Assembly (NCBI GenBank): GCA_002104905.1
Contig: MCFE01000015.1
Location: 186,001 to 250,000 of the forward strand
Direction of reading: 5' to 3'
Length of the DNA stretch: 64,000 nucleotides
Source of the DNA: Basidiobolus meristosporus CBS 931.73
Taxonomy: Eukaryota; Fungi; Basidiobolomycota
Shown here in pieces: positions 40,008 through 51,390 of this stretch. The position numbers and the translations under genes are program-made. Under the pieces are notes generated by a model. The model had not been told where the DNA came from and made no database searches. It was given only the letters and a program-made list of their open reading frames with translations. Positions within the stretch are counted from its first letter, which is position 1, and each line of letters starts with the position of its first letter.

Positions 40008-40720
40008 ATCAGATATTCATTCGTAAGAAGCATGGGTATTGGGTGGAGAGTAAAACTATATGGGGAAACTGCGTGGTGTGTAGTTTCAAATTTGAATGAG
40101 TTTCCGATTCAAATGCATGGATCATTAAATCGTAATTATCAGATAAACTTGTCTAGATGCTGATGGATTATGGAATTTTCAATCACATCATAGCTGAATA
40201 TTTACTTATTGGTTGTGTTTATCAGATTCTCCCATTTTGTAAAAAGATTCTCGGATCTGATTACTCATGGCTACAGTGGTTTGATATTGAGTATGTTAAA
40301 TAGCTCTACTCAGTTCTTGAGGATTTATCAGATGTTGATATGGGGGGGGTGCCTTTCCAAGTCCGATATTTCCATAATTGGTGAGATATTGATTTCTCCC
40401 TAACTTACCCGGTAGTGATTCCTGGTATAGATACCAAGATCGTATTGATTTCAACCCATAATACCTGCTTGACAGGGTTAGTGTCCGCGCTCTAAGCAAC
40501 GTGGAGTTGTGTTCAATTGAAGGAGAAATTTCTCAGAAAATGAAGACGGAGTAAAGTGAACCCTTGTTAATTACTCCGTTTTACTACAAATATCCGGCAT
40601 TGGCCTATTTGGAAATACTTCAATACATCTGATAACTTTTAGTAAGACTTCAATGTTTTATACAGAGAATCTGATAACTCATCCATAATGTTTATTGGAT
40701 AGATGAACAGCATCTGATAA
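40008..40720. promoter_or_regulatory. Cluster of ATCWGATAA sites in the divergent promoter of paralogs 2 and 3
   Basis: Perfect sites at 40136 (TTATCAGATAA, matches on both strands), 40219, 40325, 40627, 40669 and 40712; ATCAGATAT at 40008. Confidence 0.75.
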
Positions 40721-40812
40721 TGGGGCAGACTGATATTTAAATAGAATTTGCATAATACGCCGAGTATACGCTGCAATTCCTAGATTCCAACATCCTTTCC
40801 TTGCTTCAGAAA

Positions 40813-41508
40813 ATGATCGCCAAGGTTGAAAATTCCTCTAATAAAAGTTCTACCAAGCAGTCCAAATACAAAGACATTGCGATGAAAAGACTTCTTGCTG
40901 GCTTAGAGAAATCGCTGGATTCCCGTCTTTATAAGTGCCCTTTTTGCAGTAAAGAGTTCTACCGCGTCGAACATAGAACAAGGCATATTCGTATCCACAC
41001 AGGTGAGAAGCCGTACAAATGCCGCTTTGAAAAATGTTCCAAATCGTTCTCAAGGTCGGACGAACTCGCCAGACATCACAAAACCCATATGAATCCAAAG
41101 AAGAGGGGAAGAAAAAGCAAGAAACAGCTTGCTTTGGAAGCTGCTCTTGCTGCCAAATCCATTGAAGAAGCAGGTCATGCTAACCCGACAACTCAAGAGA
41201 TCCATCAAGGCCTTGACTCTGATAAGTTGAAAGCCAACGAGAAAACGTGTTATTCTGCTATGAGCTCTCCGCGTTCTCCTGGTACTTCCGAGAGTGATGA
41301 GGATGATATCACCACACAACATACCCAGCAAATGGAGGGCAAGCACACATCAACAAACTACGCAATGCAAAGGGATCTCCAAGGCAAGAAACAAATACAA
41401 CTGCCTAGTTTTTCCGAGTTGATGAGCATTATTGCTACCGAGGGGGCATTTCTCATGATGCCAGGTGACATAGGCCCCCAGCCAATGTATTCCAGCTATA
41501 AATATTGA
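40813..41508 (+). CDS. CreA/Mig1-type two-finger C2H2 repressor, paralog 3 (intronless)
   Basis: [55 protein letters not shown]...[11 protein letters not shown] at 40813. Confidence 0.9.
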   Translation: MIAKVENSSNKSSTKQSKYKDIAMKRLLAGLEKSLDSRLYKCPFCSKEFYRVEHRTRHIRIHTGEKPYKCRFEKCSKSFSRSDELARHHKTHMNPKKRGRKSKKQLALEAALAAKSIEEAGHANPTTQEIHQGLDSDKLKANEKTCYSAMSSPRSPGTSESDEDDITTQHTQQMEGKHTSTNYAMQRDLQGKKQIQLPSFSELMSIIATEGAFLMMPGDIGPQPMYSSYKY

Positions 41509-41949
41509 CTCTATCCAATCTTGTAAATAATGGCATCCTCTGTTCATTGTATAGAGTGTTTTTAATCGCTCAATGTAGTTTTCCAAGTCGTGGTAGATTC
41601 ATAATAATATGATGGGTTTCTTTGAATTGGTGGTTTTCTGGTTTTTGAACATAATAAATTCTAACTTGCAATCCAACGCCTAACACAGTTGATTGGGGCT
41701 GGTTCCATCGCATCAGCAATCAAATACGATGCTGCTTAAATGGCTGGTGGCTAAACCTTAAGTACACGTGTAGTTGAATGCTCATCAGGGAATTCCAACA
41801 ATGGTCACAAATAAAAAATAGTCCCAGTGAAATCCGCTAATTTATGATATCATAGATGGATCCAAAGTCTGGGCCCAAAGCCACATCAGAATCCTATAAT
41901 TTGTAGTTGGAGGAACTCAGGCTTACAACTTTCTACTTGTGACGCTCTA

Positions 41950-43671
41950 ATGAGTCTGAAGAAACTGCCCAGAATTGCCATAGGGACCTATCGTTTGTTC
42001 CTTGGCATGCCTGAACATGAAAGAGCCTTGTTTTCTGCCTTGAAAAGACAATCCGATGAGCGATTAAATTTAAGCTTGATCGATACCTCTTCTAGTTACG
42101 GCAATGGTTTGAGTGAGAGATTGATAGGAAAGGTAGTGTTTCGATTTTTACGAACTATATACTCTGTGAGACTAATAGGTTCCTCCAGGTACTCCACCAC
42201 GAAAATCCCGAGATACTAAGAAGAGAAGAGGTTTACTTGACTTCAAAATTTGGCTACTTGCAAGGGGAGAGCATGCGCCAGCTTCAGGAAGGAAAACTGA
42301 AAGTAAGTTTAACTGTCGTGGCCCCAGGAAATAGAACCCAGGAACCAAACGCTTTTCTTGGTTTAAGTTAGACGAGGCGACTATCATCAAGCCATTTCAA
42401 AGCATTTACCACTGCATTCATCCAGAATTTATGAGGTAGGTTCCTTGTTTCTGTTCTACTTATTCAAGCTTAGTGTGTGGCCATGCGTATTGCCCGGTTT
42501 GTTCTGAGTGAAGTTACTAAGTTATACCTTTATTATGGAAAGAATAGAGATCAACTCTCTCGCAGTTTGACGCGGTTACAAACCGATTATGTCGATTCCT
42601 ATCTAATTTGTAACCCTGAATATTATCTGATGCACCATATTCAATCATCGGACGTGAATGTCAGAGGTTCAGCCAAGCGTCCCATACATCTATCGCAGCA
42701 CTCTCTTGACTAACCACCGTTCACATCGATTCTCCAGAGTTACAAGCAAACCTACTTGCTAGAATCGCGGAGACATTCGAGGCTTTAGAAGGGGAGATCA
42801 AGAAGGGAACAATCAAATCGGTGAGTGGAGCTGTACTTACCCTAGCAAACCTCAGATAGCTAACTGGTGCACAGTACGGTATTTCTAGCAATAGTTTTGC
42901 GCTGCCTCCGGAGCATCCTCACTTCTTGCCATACAAAGACTTGACAAAGCTGGCTGAGGAAGCGGCATCCAAGTCCAGAGGAACAAAGGACCACGGCTTT
43001 TCTACTGTTCAATTCCCCGCCAACGTATTGGAAACAGAGGGCTTAAAGTCGATGCTGACGTGGGCGAGCAAGCAGAATCTACAGGCAAGTGCCTATACAG
43101 TGCGGGTTTCTCCCAATCCATGGGTTTCTGAACGTGTTCATAGATTATGACAAGTCGGCCGCTAAGCTCGTTCGATCAGACTGGCATATGGAAGATAGTC
43201 AGCACACCACGAACATCATACCAGGAAGTGCTCGCAGAAACCTTAGAGCACATCCAGAAAAACACCGTCTCCTCGGACAATAAGCCGCACTTTCTGGTCG
43301 AAACCATCAACAGACTAAATTCTGAGATTCAGAACATTGACTCAGTGTTCAGGTATGAAGAGATCAAGCAAAGAGTGTACTCATTGATCCATAAGAAGTT
43401 TGATGAAATACCCCACGAATGGTTGGAGCATCTTCAGAAATTTTTCAACGAGTACGAACGGGAGGTGCAGCACATCGGCTCAGTGTGTCTAAAGAAATAT
43501 CTCGACGCGCGTGGGATCGAGGTAGGCGAAGGAGAGGGGAACTTTGAAGAGTTCGCAGTGCAGTTTTTGTTGGAGCATGAGAAGATCACCTCAGTCATCC
43601 TCGAAGTCGGCACGGAGAAACACGTGAATTTCGCAAGAAAGATGTTGAAGATCGATTTGGAAGACGACTGA
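41950..43671 (+). CDS. Aldo/keto reductase-fold protein, multi-exon (one GC-AG intron)
   Basis: IAIGTYR...IDTSSSYGNGLSERLIG|...LTSKFG...HCIHPEF|RDQLSRSLTRLQTDYVDSYLICNPEYYL...TVQFPANVLE. Confidence 0.8.
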
Positions 43672-44377
43672 CGCCTGCTGTGTCCCTTGTACTCTATCAC
43701 TCCACCGCTGTTCTGTACATACGCTTGTGTATCTATTGGGACATAGGCCCCTTTATGGTTCATTTTTATGGTATCTGCTTCAATGATCCCGGGCAATAAA
43801 TCACTGAATGCCTAACTCAAAGCTGTATGTGATCATCAGCGTCATTTGGCTACCAAGTTGATTAAGTACAGGCCTGGCTGGAGGAATCATTGGTATGATT
43901 CAGGCATCTAGTCCCTGATGGATACATTCAATGAAGATTACTTGATCATTACCGGAATGAGCTGCACTGTGGATTTACACAACACATAGAATATGCCACT
44001 ATCATTGGCGTCTTCCTTGAAAGTCATACATCTGGTGCTGTCTTCACCCTTACCCTTGGCCTCGCCATCATCGCTGTGTTTAGTGAATACGAGCTTGACC
44101 TGTATTCGATCACTATGGTGTGGTTATGCATGTCCATAGTCTTAACATCACCCCTTCAGGATAACATATGGATTGGGCCAAATGATGTACATCTTCGGCT
44201 GCTTCGACACCCCTTTGACAAATGAATCGGTGCTGCTGGTTTACACAACTTCCTTGTACATTAAGCATGCACTGATAGGCAGCCGGTGAGCTTGGCTACT
44301 TTTTTGCGAAGGAAGGTTTTAACTGCAAGGATGTGTGGCCATACGACGATCCAGAGGAAAATCCAGCAGCCTTTGTA

Positions 44378-44480
44378 AGTACTGCATAGATATAGATATC
44401 CGCCTGCTGCTAGTCTGACAACCAAGCTTGTAGTACTGCATAGATATAGATATCCGCCTGCTGCTAGTCTGACAACCAAG
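44378..44480 (+). repeat. Perfect 49-bp direct repeat (period 54) upstream of the aquaglyceroporin
   Basis: AGTACTGCATAGATATAGATATCCGCCTGCTGCTAGTCTGACAACCAAG at 44378 and 44432. Confidence 0.95.
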
Positions 44481-44850
44481 GCCTAAATTTGGTTACGCTG
44501 TAGCAAATGCCACAACACACGCATCAGGGCGTTTAAATTGGCTGAACGAAACAAGGAATTCGGTTTATTTGGCCGGCGGAGCAGATCGGTTGTATCGTTA
44601 TTGTGATATCCGCCCGCAAGGCCAACTTGATCCAAATATCCCATCTGATGCACTCCCTAGGGAGGTCTGAAATGGATATTTTCAACTAAACATTGTAGGC
44701 TGCTGTTGTTTCTTTTGGCATGGCTGCATATGCCTACTCGAGCAAAATCAATGGCAATGCGTTGCTGCCTCACTCAATCGCTCGTTTTCCCCAGGGCCAT
44801 ATAAAAAGGTGGCAGCCCCGCACTAAACCCACCATCAACTCCTCCGTGAT

Positions 44851-45878
44851 ATGACAATGAGTCACACCGCCGAAATCCACGAAACCAATTGGAAAACCAA
44901 CGACACTAAGATAACCTTTGAGACGAACAATGAACCTATCACATCCATCCTTAACGAAACTCCATTAATCCAACGCCTTGTGACAGGTGAGAGCATTCCC
45001 TGGCTTTCTAGACTCCGCCTCCAATATCGCGAATATATGGCGGAGTTTTTCGGAACCTTGCTGCTCGTTAGTCTCGGGCTCGCAGTCATACATCAGGCCA
45101 CTTTGGGAAAGGGTGCCACCGGCACTTTCCTAAGTGTAAACCTTGGTTGGGGGTTTGCCTTGACCCTAGCCCTGCTGCTTACTGGACGCGTCTCGGTTGG
45201 TTGAAATCACGCCTGATATATGGCAGCACCAGTTTAATCGTAAATGTTTATCTCTAGGGAGGCCATTTGAATCCTGCTGTAACAATCGCCGTTGCCCTGG
45301 TTAGAGGGATGCGTTGGGGCAAAGCGTGTGGCTACATTGTTGCTCAGCTTCTTGGAGCCTTTTCTGGGGCAGCACTGACATATCTGTACTTCTACCCACT
45401 TATCAAGGCCTATGAGAATGGACCTCGTGTCGTTGGTGGAGAGCATGACACAGCAGGGCTGTACGCATCCTACAAGAACCCAGCAATCTCGACCTTCTCT
45501 GCGTTTATTGGGGAATTCCTAGCTACAGGAGTCCTTATCATCGCCATATTTACCGCAACCGACAAAAGGAATAACATCCCATCCTACTGCGGGCCATTCA
45601 TTATTGGACTGAGCGCAATCTCGATCGGGGTGTCTTTGGGTAAGTGGCCTTGCGCTGTAGATGTCATTGACCATCCTACTAAACGGTGATGCTTAGGTTC
45701 GGTAACGGGTGGGTCCGTTAATCCAGCTCGTGATCTCGGGCCCAGAGTGTTTACAGCCATTGCTGGGTGGGGCCCCTCGGTGTTCACTGCAGGCAATTAT
45801 TATTTCTGGGTTCCCAATGTTGCGCCAATCCTAGGCGCGATTGTGTCCGGAACGTTGTATGAGTTCTTCATTTGTTAG
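44851..45878 (+). CDS. Aquaglyceroporin (MIP family), 3 exons
   Basis: YMAEFFGT, RVS|GGHLNPAVT, GEFLATG, LG|SVTGGSVNPARDLGPRVFT. Two NPA boxes; the Asp after NPAR is the glyceroporin signature. Confidence 0.93.
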
Positions 45879-46911
45879 ACAGCCCTGAAGTTCGCTGGCA
45901 TGAACCACGTCTAGGCCTATTTATATATACTGTTCAATAATAACTTTATTCACTAAACAAGACTGCGAGAGCTGGTGTTGGTAATATTCATTCTGGTTTT
46001 ACCCAGGATTCAGGAGGAGCGAGCAGAGGAAATGGATTGGGTGGTGACATTGAACAGTAGCCACAGTGAATGTATATGTATTAATACTGAATGGATTGGG
46101 TACATTGTGGCCGTGTATTGGGGATATATTGGATGCACTGAATGCGTTGAAGCTTAGCAGGTTTGTGGAATCGATTCTAGGCCTAGCAGATGAGACACGG
46201 GTTCAATATAAGTGGGGTATGACTGTTGGAGCCAATGCTAGGAGGGGAATCCTACACATATGATGCTCAATATTACACACATACTGATTGTGCTGGAATT
46301 GATGGTCTTCCTGCGTTTCGTCCTCCACCCCTGCATTCATGGCCAAAGACCTTGCTGTACTGCATGAGAACTACACGAACTCAGTTACTAGCTCCTGGCC
46401 TCCTCAGAAACAGCTACTTGAAACTTTCATATGACAGTGCATCCGCCTGTGCCACTAATTCCGATCTCATTAAACCAATAACTCGTTGTCTTGTCCTCAT
46501 CCACAAGCAAAATAATGTCCGAGTCGAGATTGTCGGATAGCCTACCAAGCGGAATAAAAATAGGCGATTTCTTGGATTAAAATTAGTTTTGTGATTAACC
46601 TTTGGCTCAGTCCAAGTCATGCTCTGCCTCGTTAGCAGCTAGCCTGCTTTAAACCGACATCTAGTCAACCAAAGATCCCCATATTATTTGTCTAGTAATT
46701 GATGGAATAGTGCGCTTCTCCCAAAGCTAAGGAAATATACAACTTTCCATAGAATCCACCTTAATTGGATGGACTTTTCACCAAGATTTTTTCCACTCTA
46801 ACTGAGAAAACAATCTTGTACCTTTATATTTGATTTTACTTCTTCTTGCGTTCCTTGATTGACCTTTGGGCCACTCGCTCAAATCCCCTTCCTCCTTTCT
46901 ACACTTTTTTG

Positions 46912-48235
46912 ATGAACTACGCACAGCAGGAGCAAGGTTTGGTTGTTCATCCTTCGGATTCACTGCCTCCGAACTCTGGACATCCTTACTTTGAGATGAG
47001 AGATGTTGACGATGTCGGTACTCAGATACGTCAACAGCTCACAAACTTTCACGCGACTCTGGTTTCGCATATTGCGGTTGAAATGCGGTCCATTCATGAG
47101 CGTATCAGCAACATTGAGAGTAAGCTCGATCAAATCGTGAACACCGATACTCGCACTTTACAAATGAAACTTTCCGAGATTGAAAGTAAGTTGAACGAGG
47201 TGGTATATTCGCAAACTCCAAAAAACAACAATAGAACTCCTGGAAATGCCAGTATCGTCTCAGCTACTCCTAACGGGACCCATAGCAACGGCAACGTACA
47301 GGGCCCTACGAACGTCGGAGTCCCGCAGACCCCAACTTCCCAAAATAGACTTGGAGTTAGCGTCCCGAGGTTAAACCAAACCCCGTCTCCCATGACTCCA
47401 TCTACTACCGGAACCAATAGCTCTGAGCAGAGCCCAGCGAGTTTAGCACAAACCGGAATGATGGTTCCTATCATGGCAAATTCCGCCCGAGAAACGCTCG
47501 TCTCTCAGCTGCCTTCCGAAGAGGGCGCGAAGGTGAAAGTTCTGCTTCGTCAGTTTGCCGGCAAAGCTATGGCATACATCGAGCAAAACGCCCCCGCCTA
47601 TGCCAATGTTAATAATCACGTTGGAGGTATAGAACATTGGTTCATTTCATCATTGACACGCAGCCAGCTCACCCCGCTTCAACTTAGCGACGACAACCAT
47701 GAAACGCTTCGATATCTACGATTCCCCATCGTGGGATCAGTTCGTCGAGGTCAACTTCCCACATATATCCAAATCCGACCTGAAGGACGAGCTCGTCAAG
47801 ATCGTTAGCGTCAAAGTGAAGAACACAAAAGCACGGTACAAAAAGGTAATTTGTCCCCGAAACAGAATAGTTTTAGGCATATACGGGCTGCGTGAATCAA
47901 ATGATAGTTACACATTCTCGTTGTTCTAGAGAGTCTCTGATACGCAGCTCCCTCAAGCCAACTCACAACTACAACTGCCAGATGCGCTGTCCGATGTACG
48001 TACTTTATTTCTCCCATGGGATCATTCGGATATTCACTGATCCTCCTTACAGAGTGAGACAAGCCCATCGCCCAAGAGACTTTGCGCAACACCCGCTGTG
48101 CTCAGTGAGAATGAGCTACTAGTCCAGCAGGCTCAACAGTCGGTACAGCTACCGCAGTCTCACACCCATGCTCTGCAGCAGTCTTCAAATCCACAGCGTC
48201 CTCCCGGAACTCCCTCCCAGCTTCACGCACAACAG

Positions 48236-48267
<32 letters not shown>

Positions 48268-48540
48268 TCTACAACGGCAGCACATGCAGCAGTTCCAACA
48301 ACATCAACTGCAGCAGCATCAGTTACGCCAGCAACAACTGCAACTGCAACAGCAGCACCAACATCCTCAACAAGGCAATGGGGTATGAGGTTGATTCCTT
48401 AACCAGTACATCGATATGATGTTGACTTACTTTGTTTTCAGGACGGGACCGACCAAACTCTCACGAGTCTGGGAATGCACCAGCATTCACATACCCAAGG
48501 GGGGGACTTGAATGATGGCTCTTTCCTTCTTCCTGTCTAA
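46912..48540 (+). CDS. Uncharacterised Q-rich protein with a coiled coil and a compact helical domain (probable nuclear regulator), multi-exon
   Basis: ATG at 46912; heptad-like IHERISNIESKLDQIV. Splicing at GTATAG...TTAG joins ATTTMKRFDIYDSPSWDQFVEVNFPHISKSDLKDELVKIVSVKVKNTKARYKK, then a polyQ exon; stop at 48538-48540. Confidence 0.6.
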
Positions 48541-49534
48541 TGGAGGCAAATTTTTGCATATTCATCAACACATCAAGTAAACTTCTTCGCTTTCAATCCA
48601 CGCAGGTAGCATGTGATCGTGTTGCCTAAGAAGAAACTTGTATTCATCATACGAATCCACCTCCAATCTCCCATTTTTTTGATAGGAGTGCTATTGTAAC
48701 TTTTTATGAATGCCTCTTTAATTGCTATTCTAAATTTCTTGCCTTTTCTTGCAGCTCTTTCTTACCACCACCACCACCACCCTTTCAGACTTCCGGTCAT
48801 TAACGCCGACGTATTAATCCCCACGTCCAAAGACCGCCAAACCCTCATTCCTGCTTGATTTTCTGATCACCCTTCCCTTTGACAACCTATTATCGCCAGT
48901 TGTTTTTCCACATCCTACTCACACGCATCCGACCATTCTGACCTTGTACGGCACCTTCCACCAGTATATAAGAAAAAGCTTAGGAATCCATATATACATA
49001 CATATATATATACATAAAGAAAATTCCTCGAAACGGAACCCGACAAGAGTCGCCTTCATGATATGCCATGAGGTTGGTAGCCGTAGGAAGAGCTCGTCAG
49101 TGTACATACTTCTCGGAGCTTGGCCAGCCTTAGCCATCCCAATCCCCTTGGTTTCGCCAGCCCAGTTCTAGTCCCAGCCTTGCTACCTTTCTCGTACATC
49201 CGCGAGCGAATCGAATTTACCCCGCACTCCATTTCGAGTGCAGGTCAGGAAAGATACTAGCTTAGATGAAGAACAATGCTTGGTGTTACATCACCTCAAT
49301 AAACATTGTTTGCAAGTGTGAATGAAAATGTTCTCGTTTCGTCCTGATTGAACACGAAAGAGCGATCCAAATCCATTTGGAGATGACGATGGCAGTACCG
49401 CTGGCCAGGCGAGGCGGATATTCGATCAATCATCGGGCTGGCTTTCCTCCTCGATACGGAAGAAATAATTCGTTGATCCTCATATCTTGATGAGGATGGC
49501 GGATTTTCATGGAGGTTGACACACTCGCTCTGCC

Positions 49535-50977
49535 ATGTCGAAGCCGCCACGTTCGAAAAGAGTCGCCAAAAAGGTTCAGCTGGAATACAAAGACCCGCTC
49601 CCCATCACACTGGCAGCCCCCAATTGTCAGGCTTATTCGATATTCGCTTTCCTCCACACCAGCTTGTCGGCGCTCCTGCTATGCATCCAGCCCGGGTAAG
49701 TTCCCTCTTCCGACAGAGCGCATATCCTTCATGTAGATCTCTCTGTCATTGTTCGCTAACGGCGTGTGGTTACCAGTGCGAAGTCCGTTCATCAGCCGAT
49801 CAGACCGGTGGGATTATTTGTTGGAAACGGTGTTTGGATCTTGAAAAGAGACCATATCGAGCATCTGTGGAAGAAGGGTTTTTTTGGGAAGGGGATCCTG
49901 TCTCGAAGTGAGCCCAGCTGGAAACAGCGACAGATCCGTAAGCTTTCCCCGATCCAGGGTAGGGAAAGACCGCCGGTAGTAGGTATGCATCAAGGCGTTG
50001 TAGGGCCCAAAGCCCCGTCCACCACTTTTGTAACACACAGTGCTCCTTTATTTAGCCTCAACTCTGTCAAAACGCCAGGAGAGGCAAAAGAAATACAGTG
50101 GGGTAGAGACGTCAACCGGAGACATGGAGCAGCTGTCAGCCCCATGGGACCAACGCAGGCTTCCCTTGGAAATGCACAGTGATCATATAGAAGATCTAGA
50201 ATATCTCCAGTTGAGTCCAGAGGAATCGATGTTTCTGAGAGAAATTGAGGCCATCGATTTAATCGATCAAACAGAGGTTAGCTTGCACGTTAGGCCCGCG
50301 CATCACGCATCACGCATCACACATCACACATCACACAGCAAGACTCATGTAGAATTGCGTAGAACCCGTACTCAATGGAGGAATGCTGGAACAGGCTGAA
50401 GGGCAAGAACGGAGATCGACCAGACAATGAATTCGTCGTTAATTACGCGGTGTACCATTATTATCGAAGCCGAGGCTGGGTGGTGAAAAATGGAGTCAAA
50501 TATGGAACCGATTATGGTAAAGATCCTGGCGGATTTCTTGTGTGTGCATCATGATGTCTAACCCACTTTCCAGTTCTGTATAGGAAAGGCCCGGTCTTCC
50601 ACCATTCAGAGTAGGTGGACTTGTTTCCAGCAAGTACAATCGATCATCATCACTCAAGCCTTGGATCAACTTAGATACGCAGTGATCATTGTCCCCGTCG
50701 ATTCCGCCGGACGGCATATTCGTCGGCGGCCAACCTCGCCCAGCTGGCAATGGCTCCTGGGGGTCAATCGAGTGTGTGGGCAGGTGAAAAAGGTAAGGAC
50801 GCGCTTACACGGTGTCTTCACGGAGCTGACGTTCTGAATCCCTAGACGATACTGCTATGCTATGTGTTTGTCCCTGACCTCGATGCCACCCAATTGGCCA
50901 CCCCGCAATGCATCCGCAGGTTTAGGCTTGCTGAGCATCAACTGAAGCGCTGGCTGCCAGAACGCAATCGTGATTGA
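49535..50977 (+). CDS. SEN2: tRNA-splicing endonuclease catalytic subunit Sen2, multi-exon
   Basis: LWKKGFFGKGILSRSEPSW; EYLQLSPEESMFL; YAVYHYYRSRGWVVKNGVKYGTDY|LLYRKGPVFHHSE; KRWLPERNRD*. Confidence 0.93.
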
Positions 50978-50984
50978 ATCACTG

Positions 50985-51070
50985 TCAATAAAGATAACGA
51001 TCAGCACAGTATCAATAAAGATGAAGATAAAGATCAGCACGGTATCAATAAAGATAAAGATAAAGATCAG
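50985..51070 (+). repeat. ~2.5 copies of a 33-bp unit containing AATAAA in the SEN2 3' UTR
   Basis: GATCAGCAC(A/G)GTATCAATAAAGAT(G/A)AAGATAAA at 50999 and 51032. Confidence 0.8.
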
Positions 51071-51390
51071 GTGTGCGGAAACCATTGGTAAACAACGGTG
51101 TGTCCATTATTTGGAATGAGACAAACTCGTTATGTAAAACTTGACCATTCAGCTGGCATCCTAAAAGTCCCCCTTCCTCCTCTCTCGCACGTCACATGAA
51201 ACAAATGGAATTGGCTCACCACCAGGATCAAGGGTCATCCGCAGGGAATCAGTATATTGATGACGAGCCTATAAGACTGGCGGTGGCGGGTGGAATTTTC
51301 GTGGTCACACTCCAACTACGTTCCTTCCACGCACCCTTCACATTCCCTTCTTTTCCATTTTTATCTTAGTTTTGCATTAATCGCTTCCCC

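Noticed and set aside
36591-40720. ATCTGATAA recurrence as a CRISPR-like or tandem repeat array
   Set aside because: The core is only 9 bp, spacing is irregular and both orientations occur. This is the pattern of binding sites, in a eukaryotic context.
43935-44225. ~95-codon open frame with a hydrophobic stretch
   Set aside because: No suitable ATG or splice context and no recognisable family.
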